A stretch of DNA of 64,000 nt, taken from contig JADGCN010000003.1 in NCBI GenBank assembly GCA_015228975.1, forward strand, positions 1,617 to 65,616, in the 5' to 3' direction. The stretch comes from Magnetococcales bacterium. GTDB taxonomy: Bacteria > Pseudomonadota > Magnetococcia > Magnetococcales > UBA8363. Both the position numbers and the translations under genes were made by a program. Of this stretch, positions 1-8,717 are shown in pieces (positions within the stretch are counted from its first letter, which is position 1; each line of letters starts with the position of its first letter). The notes below the pieces were generated by a model that was not told the origin of the DNA, searched no databases, and was given only the letters and a program-made list of their open reading frames with translations.

Positions 1-801
1 CTGGAGGTGGAGCAGTTGCTCAAGGGGATGCAACTGCACACGGTTTGTCAATCGGCCAGTTGCCCCAACCGGGGTCACTGTTGGGGGGAAGGGGAGGCGG
101 CCTTCCTGATCCTGGGCAATGTGTGTACGCGACGCTGTGGGTTTTGCGATGTGACGACGGGTCGTCCGGGGGCTGTCGATGTTGAGGAACCACGGCGTTT
201 GGCCGCGGCGGCAAAGATCATGCGCTTGAAGCACGTCGTGATCACCTCGGTCAATCGCGACGATTTGGACGATGGCGGCGCTTTCCAGTTCGCCGCATGC
301 ATTCAAGCGTTGCGTGCGGCGCGGGACGTACCCGTCATCGAGGTGCTGACCCCGGATTTTCAGGGGGATTTGCCCAGTTTGGATCGGGTGTTGCAGGCTG
401 GTCCCGATGTGTTCAACCTGAATGTGGAGACGGTATCCCGTCTTTATCGGGAGGTTCGTCCCGCCTCAAACTATGAACGGGTGCTGGGTATGCTGGCCTA
501 TGCCAGTCGGATCGGGCAGGCGGTTGTCAAGTCGGGCATCATGCTGGGTTTGGGGGAAACAGATGAGGAAGTGATGGATACCCTGAAAGACTTACGCACG
601 AGTGGCGTGACCATGCTGACGATTGGACAATATTTGCGACCGAGTCTGTCGCACAGGCCGGTGGCGCGTTATGTGCCGCCCGAGGCCTTTCAAGCACTGG
701 GTGAAGAGGCGTATCGGTTAGGGTTTACCCGGGTGGCGAGCCATCCTTTGGCACGATCCTCGTTTCATGCGAAAACGTTGTATGATGGCTCGGCGCTTTA
801 G
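1..801 (+). CDS. lipA: Lipoyl synthase LipA (5' end outside window)
   Basis: The frame is open to the left window edge. It has the LipA N-terminal Cys cluster (CQSASCPNRGHC) followed by the radical-SAM motif CTRRCGFC. The rest aligns by eye with LipA, including the SSFHA-type C-terminus. Confidence 0.9.
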   Translation: MEVEQLLKGMQLHTVCQSASCPNRGHCWGEGEAAFLILGNVCTRRCGFCDVTTGRPGAVDVEEPRRLAAAAKIMRLKHVVITSVNRDDLDDGGAFQFAACIQALRAARDVPVIEVLTPDFQGDLPSLDRVLQAGPDVFNLNVETVSRLYREVRPASNYERVLGMLAYASRIGQAVVKSGIMLGLGETDEEVMDTLKDLRTSGVTMLTIGQYLRPSLSHRPVARYVPPEAFQALGEEAYRLGFTRVASHPLARSSFHAKTLYDGSAL

Positions 802-810
802 GATGGGGTA

Positions 811-1524
811 TTGGCTGGAATGCGGGGGCTTGGAAACATGAAGTCCGAGGTTGCCAAACCGAATACCTGCCCGTACGATTTGTGGCGTCCCGGTCGGGTG
901 GACTATGCCTTGGCATTGACCATGCAGCAACAACGGGTGGAAACCTTGTTGACCCGGGGTGGACCCAATCTGCTCTTGCTGTTGGAGCATCCCCCGGTCT
1001 ATACCATGGGGCGTTCTGGGAAACGGGATGAAGTATTGGCGATGCCACCCGGTCACGCCCCGGTTCCACTCATCCTGACCGACAGGGGTGGTCGGGTGAC
1101 GTACCATGGTCCGGGGCAGTTGGTGGCCTATGTGATTCGTGACCTGCGCCCCGATACCGGGCGGGTATTGGACCATGTGCGGCGTTTGGAAGCGGTGGTA
1201 TTGGCAACCTTGACCGCTTTCGGGATACAGGGGATGAGGGAATCCGGCAACCCGGGGGTATGGGTGGCGGGGGAAAAAATAGCGGCGTTGGGGGTGCGAA
1301 TCCGCCGGGGTATCACCTACCATGGTATCGCCATCAATCGGGATGTGGACCTGACGCCCTATTCCGGGATCATACCGTGCGGTCTCCAGGGTCGTGGGGT
1401 GACCTCACTGGAACGCCTGGGGTGTCGGGTGAGTGAGACGGTGTTGCAAGAAGAAGTGATGCGTGCGTTTCGCGATGTTTTTGCGGCGCGCCTGACGGAA
1501 ATTTTCCCGGAAATCAAAACGTGA
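811..1524 (+). CDS. lipB: Octanoyltransferase LipB
   Basis: Lies directly after lipA. Shows LipB-like motifs RGGRVTYHGPGQLV, KIAALGVRI..GITYHG and IIPCG. The start is uncertain (TTG 811, ATG 820 or ATG 838). Confidence 0.85.
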   Translation: MAGMRGLGNMKSEVAKPNTCPYDLWRPGRVDYALALTMQQQRVETLLTRGGPNLLLLLEHPPVYTMGRSGKRDEVLAMPPGHAPVPLILTDRGGRVTYHGPGQLVAYVIRDLRPDTGRVLDHVRRLEAVVLATLTAFGIQGMRESGNPGVWVAGEKIAALGVRIRRGITYHGIAINRDVDLTPYSGIIPCGLQGRGVTSLERLGCRVSETVLQEEVMRAFRDVFAARLTEIFPEIKT

Positions 1525-1537
1525 ACAGGACGTTGCC

Positions 1538-1978
1538 ATGAGAACGATCGAAACGCCCCTGCTGACAGCCGACATTGTGATAGAGCTGGTGGATTATGAT
1601 CATCGTCCCGTGGTTTTGATCGAGCGGAAAAATCCCCCTCATGGCTGGGCCATTCCGGGGGGATTCGTTGATCGCGGGGAACGGGTGGAGCGGGCCGCGG
1701 TGCGCGAGGCTTTGGAGGAAACCGGCTTGCAGGTGACCTTGATCGCCCTGCTCGGGCTCTATTCGGCACCGGATCGGGATCCGCGCTTTCATACGGCGAC
1801 GGCCCTGTATGTTGCCCGGGCTTCCGGGCAGCCCGTGGCCCGGGATGATGCCAAACAGGTGGCCATTTTTGCGGCGGACCAGTTGCCGACCGGCTTGGCT
1901 TTTGACCATGACTTGATGATACAGGATTATTTGGCATGGCGCCGGGAAGGGTGTGTGGCACCACTCAGGGGGGAATGA
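1538..1978 (+). CDS. NUDIX hydrolase
   Basis: Nudix box GGFVDRGERVERAAVREALEETGL fits GX5EX7REUXEEXGU. The 146-aa size is typical. Confidence 0.8.
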   Translation: MRTIETPLLTADIVIELVDYDHRPVVLIERKNPPHGWAIPGGFVDRGERVERAAVREALEETGLQVTLIALLGLYSAPDRDPRFHTATALYVARASGQPVARDDAKQVAIFAADQLPTGLAFDHDLMIQDYLAWRREGCVAPLRGE

Positions 1979-1981
1979 TCC

Positions 1982-3343
1982 ATGCGTAAAAAAATCGGTG
2001 TGATCGTTCTGGGGCTGTTGCTGGCTGCGGTGATGATTGCCCAATCGTCCCGGGCAACGCTTCCGACCCAGGTGAATGGCCAGCCGTTGCCATCCCTGGC
2101 CGACATGTTGGAAGCAGTGGTTCCCGCCGTGGTCAACATTACCACGGCGACCCGTATCCGCACTGTGGAGAATCCCCTGCTCCGTGACCCGTTTTTCAGC
2201 CGTTTTTTCAATCTGCCGCAGATGGAACGGGAAAAAACGCAGCAAAGTCTGGGTTCCGGGGTGATCATTGATGCGCAGAAGGGGTTGGTTGTGACCAACA
2301 ACCATGTCATTCAAAAGGCGGATACCATTTCGGTGACCTTGCGTGATGGGCGTACCTTGCAGGGCAAGCGGGTGGGTTTGGACGGCGATACCGATCTGGC
2401 CCTGATTCAAATCCCTGCCGATGGACTCAAGGCGGTGGTCCCTGGTAATTCGGACACGCTACGGGTTGGTGATTTCGTGGTGGCCATCGGCAATCCGTTC
2501 GGTTTGGGGCAAACGGTGACCTCAGGTATCGTCAGTGCCCTGGGTCGCAAAGGATTGGGGATCGATGGGTATGAAGATTTCATTCAGACCGATGCCTCCA
2601 TCAATCCGGGCAATTCGGGGGGGGCGCTGGTCAATTTGCGCGGTGAACTCATCGGTATCAACACGGCTATTCTCGCCCAGGGTGGCGGCAATGTGGGGAT
2701 TGGGTTCGCCATTCCCATTTCCATGGTGCAACAAGTGGTGAAACAGCTTGTCCGCTTTGGCGAGGTGCGACGGGGTTTGATGGGGATCAGTTCCCAGGAT
2801 TTGACCCGGGAATTGGCCAAAGCCCTGGGGGGTAATCCGCGTCAGGGGGCGGTAATCACCCGGGTTGTCCCGAAATCACCAGCGGACAAGGCGGGTTTGC
2901 GACCCGGGGATGTGGTGGTTGAGGTGAATGGCCGTCCTGTGCGGGATTCGGGGAGTTTGCGCAATGTATTGGGCCTTTCGATGATTGGCGAACAGGTTAC
3001 CCTGGAGTTTTTGCGCGATGGCAAACCCAATCGGGTGACCGCCGAGGTTACGGAACCGCGTGCCCGACGCGTGGAAGGCAAACGGATCGATGCGCGTTTT
3101 GTAGGGGCGCTACTGGAAATGGTGGAGGAGGGGGAGCAGGCACAGCCCATCGCCGTGGTCAGCGTCCAGCCCAAAAGTCCCGCTTGGCAGGCCGGGTTGC
3201 GGGAAGGGGATCGCATCCTGGCGGTCAACCGGCAGGTCGTCAACTCCTTTGAAGGGCTGGCGGCAATCGTCAAGCAGAATGATAGCGAGATGCTCCTTAA
3301 TTTACAACGTGGCCAGGAGGGGATTTATATCCTCGTGCATTGA
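1982..3343 (+). CDS. DegP/DegQ (HtrA) family periplasmic serine endoprotease
   Basis: N-terminal hydrophobic signal or anchor. Trypsin-like triad contexts TNNHV, DLALIQ and GNSGGALVN. Two PDZ-like segments at the C-terminus. Confidence 0.9.
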   Translation: MRKKIGVIVLGLLLAAVMIAQSSRATLPTQVNGQPLPSLADMLEAVVPAVVNITTATRIRTVENPLLRDPFFSRFFNLPQMEREKTQQSLGSGVIIDAQKGLVVTNNHVIQKADTISVTLRDGRTLQGKRVGLDGDTDLALIQIPADGLKAVVPGNSDTLRVGDFVVAIGNPFGLGQTVTSGIVSALGRKGLGIDGYEDFIQTDASINPGNSGGALVNLRGELIGINTAILAQGGGNVGIGFAIPISMVQQVVKQLVRFGEVRRGLMGISSQDLTRELAKALGGNPRQGAVITRVVPKSPADKAGLRPGDVVVEVNGRPVRDSGSLRNVLGLSMIGEQVTLEFLRDGKPNRVTAEVTEPRARRVEGKRIDARFVGALLEMVEEGEQAQPIAVVSVQPKSPAWQAGLREGDRILAVNRQVVNSFEGLAAIVKQNDSEMLLNLQRGQEGIYILVH

Positions 3344-3422
3344 CAAGGGGGTGGGGATCCCCTTAACCAGGAGGGGGAGACCGTGTTGTTAAATCAAGGG
3401 GTTCATGGGCGAAAAAAGGTGA

Positions 3423-4505
3423 TTGATCGTGGCGGGTAGTCAAAAAGACAGACATTCATCCCCTGGATTGAAGCGGAAATTGCGAGGTATCGGCGCGTTG
3501 TATTCTTGTGCGACCGTGTTTTTTTGCTATTTCGGTCTGTCCATGGCATGGTCGTTAGCGGCTTTGGCCCCGGAGGATCCCCGTCCCCCCTTGGAACCCG
3601 AACGCTCCTGGGACGCCATTGTGACCAAAAAAGAGAGTTTAATGGTCAAATATATGGATCTGGATCCGTTGGGACTGCACGGCCAGGGGCGCTTGGTGTT
3701 ACACTCGCTGCATCCCCTGGTGAACACCATCTCCTTTGACAAGGTGACGGGCAATCCCGAGTTGTGGCTGAAACGTATGGCGGGATTTTCGGCCTTGGCC
3801 CATTGGTTGGTTACGCGGCAGCAGTTGGGGGAGATCAAACTGGCCGGCCTGGAGGTGTTGATGACCGCCGAAGGGATTGATTTCAAGTTTGATCGGGCCG
3901 ATATCAAGGACGGGTATCTGCTTCAAGGACGTGGGCGCTTTGCGTTTGATGGACGATGGGCTGTACGCTCGGGGGCGTTATGGCTCAGCAGACCGCCGTT
4001 TAAGGATTTGGACAAACCTTTTGCCCGCCCCATGGGTTATGGCACTTTGGATGCTTATGGTGCCAAGGGGCGCTTCAAGGCGGTGATGGATGAGGCGTTT
4101 GCCTTGGATGCCAGCACTGGCCATGTGGAAGCCAATGCGGTTTGGAACGATGCGGTAACCCGGGGCGACATCGACAAGGTGGAGGCGGAATGGGGTGTGG
4201 AAATGACCACATTTCGCGTCAGTGATGCCTTTTTTGAACAGGGCCCCCGGGATTTGGCGCACGAGTTACTGACATATGCCGGTTTGACACCAGCCTGGGG
4301 TATGGCTTTTCCACGCATTACCTTGTCGGGCAGCGTTACCGGACCGAACTATAAGGCCCATGCCTTGCGGTTGTCGTCACCAAGCTTGCAGGTGTGGGGC
4401 ACAGCCCATGGCATCTGGTATCCTTTGCCCGGTTCCATGAACGTGGAAGTGACTGCCAAAAGCCCCGGTCGGGATATGCGCCAATTCGTTTGGCCGGGAA
4501 AATAA
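3423..4505 (+). CDS. Hypothetical membrane-anchored protein
   Basis: 360-aa ORF with one N-terminal hydrophobic helix (GALYSCATVFFCYFGLSMAWSLAALA). I recognise no family motif. The start may be GTG 3429, which sits 6 nt after AGGTGA. Co-oriented with motA. Confidence 0.5.
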   Translation: MIVAGSQKDRHSSPGLKRKLRGIGALYSCATVFFCYFGLSMAWSLAALAPEDPRPPLEPERSWDAIVTKKESLMVKYMDLDPLGLHGQGRLVLHSLHPLVNTISFDKVTGNPELWLKRMAGFSALAHWLVTRQQLGEIKLAGLEVLMTAEGIDFKFDRADIKDGYLLQGRGRFAFDGRWAVRSGALWLSRPPFKDLDKPFARPMGYGTLDAYGAKGRFKAVMDEAFALDASTGHVEANAVWNDAVTRGDIDKVEAEWGVEMTTFRVSDAFFEQGPRDLAHELLTYAGLTPAWGMAFPRITLSGSVTGPNYKAHALRLSSPSLQVWGTAHGIWYPLPGSMNVEVTAKSPGRDMRQFVWPGK

Positions 4506-4554
4506 AGAGGAGAAAAAGAACGGGTCATGGGGATGATTCGTTTGCGAAAAGTAT

Positions 4555-4582
4555 TAAAGGTTTTCCAGTGTTTGCCCGACTT
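4555..4582 (+). promoter_or_regulatory. Possible sigma-28 (FliA)-type promoter upstream of motA
   Basis: TAAAGGTT-N11-GCCCGACT compared with the enteric consensus TAAAGTTT-N11-GCCGATAA. The -35 is good and the -10 is weak. It sits about 87 nt upstream of the motA ATG. This is a by-eye match only. Confidence 0.25.
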
Positions 4583-4668
4583 GATACCCATGTCGGGGAA
4601 TGCTTGCTGTATGCGGTGCAGGACGTTTTCCAAGGGGCCTTTTTGCAACAACATGGGAAAATAATGGC

Positions 4669-5424
4669 ATGGATCTCGCAACAGTCATCGGAATGATTCT
4701 TGCGTTTGCTGCGGTTGTCGGTGGCATTCTGTTGAATAGTGGCCTGAAAGTGTTTTTCAACCTTCCCGGGCTTCTGATCGTGGTTGGGGGGACGGTGGGG
4801 GCGATGCTGATTCGCCACAAAATGGCCGATGTATTGGCTTCGTTCACCTTTTTAATGCGGGCGGTGATCGTCAAGACCCAGGACCCCGCCAAGGTGATCG
4901 GACAATTGATTGAAATGGCGACCATCGCTCGCAAAGATGGCATATTGGGATTGGAAAAGTTCAGATCGGACAATCCTTTTTTGCAGGTGGCCATCAACCA
5001 TTGCGTCGACGGCGCCGATCCGGAATTCCTGGAAAGCGTTTTGACAAAGGAACTGAGTTACATGGCCCAACGCCATGCCCGGGGTATCAGCGTGTGGGAG
5101 GGTGTTGCGGAGATCGCCCCGGCCTTTGGTCTGATGGGAACCTTGGTCGGCCTGGTGCAAATGCTGGCCAGCGCGTCGGATCCGTCGGCGGTGGGGCCGG
5201 GTATGGCCGTGGCGGTTTTGACCATTTTGTACGGCATGTTGATTGCTCATGGGATCGCCATTCCCATCTGTACGAAATTGGCGACCTACAGCAAAGAGGA
5301 ACAGATGGTGCGTCAGGTCATCATCGATGGCATGATCGGCATTCAAAAAGGGGTGAGTCCCCGATTGTTGCATGAGGCGTTGCAAGCCGCCCTGCCGCCG
5401 GCGGAGCGCGGAGCCATGCCGTAA
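4669..5424 (+). CDS. motA: MotA/PomA-type flagellar stator protein
   Basis: The 251-aa form starts at the ATG at 4669 (MDLATVIGMILAF...). It shows the four-TM MotA/ExbB/TolQ pattern with conserved Pro contexts (IAPAFGLMGTLVGL and HGIAIPICTKL). The longer ORF from 4600 has no support. Confidence 0.85.
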   Translation: MDLATVIGMILAFAAVVGGILLNSGLKVFFNLPGLLIVVGGTVGAMLIRHKMADVLASFTFLMRAVIVKTQDPAKVIGQLIEMATIARKDGILGLEKFRSDNPFLQVAINHCVDGADPEFLESVLTKELSYMAQRHARGISVWEGVAEIAPAFGLMGTLVGLVQMLASASDPSAVGPGMAVAVLTILYGMLIAHGIAIPICTKLATYSKEEQMVRQVIIDGMIGIQKGVSPRLLHEALQAALPPAERGAMP

Positions 5425-5478
5425 CGAACCGTGGCGTATTATCGGACGGGAAGATCTTACATGGACAGGTTTTAGTTG

Positions 5479-6273
5479 ATGGCCCAGTGCCCCGCATGCA
5501 AAAAGCCAGTTGTGACGGGATTGAACTCGTTTTCCGGTTTGATGGTCCTGCTGTTGGCTGTCTCTCTTTGGATGCTCTCCTTTGCCCGGTTTGACGGGCC
5601 AAAGTTTGATGAAGCAGCGGGTTCCATTCGCCGCGCTTTGCATGCCCCGGCGCTTTCGGGCAGTTCCGCACCCCTGTCATCCTGTGGCCAGGAGCCAAGT
5701 CTGGCGGAATTCAATCAGGAAATCGTCCTGGTCCATCTCCTGGACCAGATGAACGTGTTGCTTGCCAAACAACTGACCAGTTCGGAAGCGGAGATTGTGG
5801 CGACGGATCGTGGCATCGTCGTCCGTTTGGCAAGCGATTTTTTGTTTCAGCCCGCCAATCTGCAATTTCGCAAGGAATCCCTGCCCGTGTTGCAGGGATT
5901 GGCAACGCTTTTGGTCGGGGTGGAGAATGCCGTGTTCGTCAGTGGTTATACCGATAATGCCCCCCCTCCGGCCGGTTTACCATTTCCATCCAATTGGGGG
6001 TATTCCGCCGGCATGGCGGCGAGTGTGGTACAATTCTTGAGTGAAACCTCCGGGATGGATCCGTCGCGTCTCCAGGCGCTGGGTCTGGGGGAGTTTTCGC
6101 CTCGCCAACCCAACGCTACCGATGCGGGCCGGGCCGCCAATCGCCGGATTGAACTGTTTATTTCGCGCATCAGACAGGCACCGATTGTGGAAAAAGTCGT
6201 GCAACCGCCAAAACCAGCCCAGGATGGGGAACCGAAGGTCCCAACCTTGGAACCAGCGGCGGTGGTTCCCTGA
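5479..6273 (+). CDS. MotB-like protein with OmpA-type C-terminal domain (atypical, no channel Asp)
   Basis: One TM helix (GLMVLLLAVSLWMLSF) aligns with the MotB/PomB plug-TM region. The C-terminal OmpA-like motifs are SGYTDN...SNW...NRRIELFI. It follows motA after 54 nt. Confidence 0.75.
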   Translation: MAQCPACKKPVVTGLNSFSGLMVLLLAVSLWMLSFARFDGPKFDEAAGSIRRALHAPALSGSSAPLSSCGQEPSLAEFNQEIVLVHLLDQMNVLLAKQLTSSEAEIVATDRGIVVRLASDFLFQPANLQFRKESLPVLQGLATLLVGVENAVFVSGYTDNAPPPAGLPFPSNWGYSAGMAASVVQFLSETSGMDPSRLQALGLGEFSPRQPNATDAGRAANRRIELFISRIRQAPIVEKVVQPPKPAQDGEPKVPTLEPAAVVP

Positions 6274-6291
6274 CAACCATGGAGAAGGGTC

Positions 6292-6888
6292 ATGGCAGCC
6301 GTTACACAAAAACCCGGGGATAATCAACAACGCGCCTTTGTACGCGTCGACGACTATTTGCCGTTGTCCTGGCGTCGGGTTGGGGCCGAAGAGTTTGCCG
6401 AGGTCATGGCAACCTACAAAAAGTCGCAAACCTTTCCCGTCGTGCCCGACGACATCCAGACGATTCTGACCAATCTGGAGGTCACCGATAAAATTGTGTT
6501 GTTGGAGCGCTCCGATCCGGTATTGGCGCGTATTCTGGCGCGCATGGATATGAAGCTCAACATGTTGCTGAAGGTGTTTTATCCCGGTACCGAAGCCAGG
6601 CCCATGGTGCCCACTTGGGTGAATCTGAGTGGTGGTGGTGTGGCCTTCAAGGAGGCGGGCCTGGACGCCAAGGTGGATGACATTCTTGAACTCAGGTTGG
6701 CGTTATCCCAGGATTCTTTGGCCTCCATCCAATGTTTTGCCCGTGTGGTGAAAATTTTCCCCCCTGACCAGGGTGGATTGATCAAGGCGGCTTGCCAATT
6801 TGAACCCATCCTCGATGGGGACCGGGAAAAGTTGATCCAGCATATTTTCAAGCGCCAGTCGGAATTGTTGCGGGCCAAACGGAGTTAA
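6292..6888 (+). CDS. PilZ-domain protein (split c-di-GMP motifs)
   Basis: RxxxR (RAFVR, aa 14-18) and D/NxSxxG (NLSGGG, aa 111-116). The RBS GGAGAAGGG lies upstream of the ATG. Confidence 0.75.
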   Translation: MAAVTQKPGDNQQRAFVRVDDYLPLSWRRVGAEEFAEVMATYKKSQTFPVVPDDIQTILTNLEVTDKIVLLERSDPVLARILARMDMKLNMLLKVFYPGTEARPMVPTWVNLSGGGVAFKEAGLDAKVDDILELRLALSQDSLASIQCFARVVKIFPPDQGGLIKAACQFEPILDGDREKLIQHIFKRQSELLRAKRS

Positions 6889-8699
6889 TGGTCACGGTAA
6901 CAACTGGAAGATCTTTCATGGCAGAACATTTTGCAGACAGTGCGCAACCGGAAAATCTTTTATTTTGGTACCGCCGCGTTTCACCAGCGCAATTGGCGGT
7001 GATCCGGGAGTGTCGCACCAAGGGGGTACAGATGCCCGAGGCGCGACCGGGTATGGGGGAAGCGGTCGCGAGCCTTTTGGCCAAGGAGGCGGGGATCGTG
7101 CCATCGACGGCACCCCGGGGCCAACAGGGATTGGCCCGTGCCTCTGTTTTGGAGGCGATGAACCGTAAATTCAATTTATTGTTGGGATTGGTTTATCCGC
7201 CGGAGTCGGTGGTACAGAGTGCCCCGGTGATGTTGGATCCAGAGGGTGCGGGGGTGGTGGCTTGGCTGAAGGATCCCAGCTTTGCTGAAAATGATTGTGT
7301 CGAATTGCGGTTTCTTGCGAGTGCGAAACTGCCCTGGCCGTTTCACAGTTATTGCCGGGTGGCGCGGATGGCGCAGGAGAATTCGCGTCCTGGTGTTCGG
7401 GTGGAATTTCGCTTTGAAACGGTTCACCCGAATGTCCCCGGTCTGGAATCGCCACCTGCCAGAAAATTGCCACTTCCCAAGCGGGACAGAGTTCCAGCCA
7501 AACCTGCTGTTGCCCCCCCCAAGCCTGTTGTTCCACCCCCCTCGCCCCCCCCGGTAGCACCGCCGGTACCAGCGACTGCCAAACCGAGCGGTCCCGTCAC
7601 ATCCGTTCGGGCTTCCAAGCCGGATTTGCCCAAGCCGGTTCCGGTTGTCGCAGAGAAGGGCGAGGATAAATACGAACGCATGTTGCTGGAAGGGATGAAA
7701 ATGTCGCGGGCGAAGATTGGTGATGCGGTCGTCAAGAAGGGGAATGACCCTTTCCTGGCCTCGCAACCCCAGGTGGACAAGCGGCGTGATTTTCGTATCA
7801 ATGATCGCATCCCTTTTATCTGGAGTCATGTCACCGAAGAATCCTTTAAGGAGGCCATGGCGACCTTTCACAAGGATAAGGCGTTCACTCTGCGAACCAT
7901 TATCCGCAATCAGCAAAAAATATTGACCGACTTGGCCAATGTTCAGGAGGTATTGAAACGCAAGCGCTCCAAGGCCAGAAAACATGTGGATTGGCACCGC
8001 GACCGTCTCTCCTGGTTGTTTTTGCGGGCTGCTTCGGAAAACGAGGAGACCTATTATCAACACATGACGGAATTGTTTATGGTCATAGCGGCTGATTTGG
8101 CCAAGCAGGGGGGTGGGGCGATCAGTCAGTGGAGCATGCAGGCGTTGTCGCTGCTGCGCAATATGATGGAGCTGAAACAGACACGCGATCAGTCCAATCC
8201 CATCACCGAGGCCAACGCGGTCAAAAAGGCGGAATCGGGATTGGCGGATGTGGAACGGCAGTTGCCCAAGGTGTTGGCCAAGGTGGAGGAGGGGGATCCG
8301 GCGTTGGCTGCCAAAATGGCCATGTACAAAGAGGCGATTGGTGCCATCGATTTAACCCTCCATGATCGACCGGTTGGCAAGACGGCTGATGGCAAGGATC
8401 TCTATACGGTGAATATCAGTGCTACGGGACTGGCCTTTCGTACGCGCAGATTGTGGGTGAAAAAGGGTGACTTGTTGGAAATGCGGGTGTTTTTGAGCAG
8501 CGATGGCAAAAAATTTGAACCGGTCAATACCTATGGTCGGGTGGTGTTCGTCCATGGGCCGGTGGACAATAAACTCAAGGTGGCCACCTTTATCGATCCC
8601 AAGCCTGCCTTGTACGAACAAAAAATTTACCTGCACATTGCCCGTCGGCAACGGGAAATGCTTTCGGAGCGGGCCTCCGTTCGGGATGACGATTTTTAA
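6888..8699 (+). CDS. Large PilZ-family protein: degenerate N-terminal PilZ-like half, Pro-rich linker, C-terminal PilZ with long insertion
   Basis: RRDFR (aa 299-303) and NISATG (aa 509-514). The N-terminal 180 aa are paralogous to the preceding PilZ protein but lack both motifs. A P/A/V/K-rich linker spans aa 186-255. The start overlaps the upstream stop (TAATG). Confidence 0.7.
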   Translation: MVTVTTGRSFMAEHFADSAQPENLLFWYRRVSPAQLAVIRECRTKGVQMPEARPGMGEAVASLLAKEAGIVPSTAPRGQQGLARASVLEAMNRKFNLLLGLVYPPESVVQSAPVMLDPEGAGVVAWLKDPSFAENDCVELRFLASAKLPWPFHSYCRVARMAQENSRPGVRVEFRFETVHPNVPGLESPPARKLPLPKRDRVPAKPAVAPPKPVVPPPSPPPVAPPVPATAKPSGPVTSVRASKPDLPKPVPVVAEKGEDKYERMLLEGMKMSRAKIGDAVVKKGNDPFLASQPQVDKRRDFRINDRIPFIWSHVTEESFKEAMATFHKDKAFTLRTIIRNQQKILTDLANVQEVLKRKRSKARKHVDWHRDRLSWLFLRAASENEETYYQHMTELFMVIAADLAKQGGGAISQWSMQALSLLRNMMELKQTRDQSNPITEANAVKKAESGLADVERQLPKVLAKVEEGDPALAAKMAMYKEAIGAIDLTLHDRPVGKTADGKDLYTVNISATGLAFRTRRLWVKKGDLLEMRVFLSSDGKKFEPVNTYGRVVFVHGPVDNKLKVATFIDPKPALYEQKIYLHIARRQREMLSERASVRDDDF

Positions 8700-8717
8700 A
8701 AGCTCGGAAACCTACTC

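Noticed and set aside
3347-3366. AAGGGG...GGGGATCCCC...CCCCTT palindrome after htrA, considered as a terminator.
   Set aside because: The stem is short and ambiguous and no U-tract follows. I cannot support a terminator call.
4669-6273. MotA/MotB pair considered as a Zorya-type (ZorAB) anti-phage module.
   Set aside because: ZorA proteins are much longer, with a long C-terminal tail, and are accompanied by ZorC/D or ZorE genes. Here MotA is a standard ~250-aa PomA-like protein, and the neighbours are PilZ, GT and deacetylase genes.
7176-8063. 295-aa minus-strand ORF within the large PilZ gene.
   Set aside because: It is an antisense shadow ORF covering the Pro-rich linker region, with a repetitive G/R-rich product.
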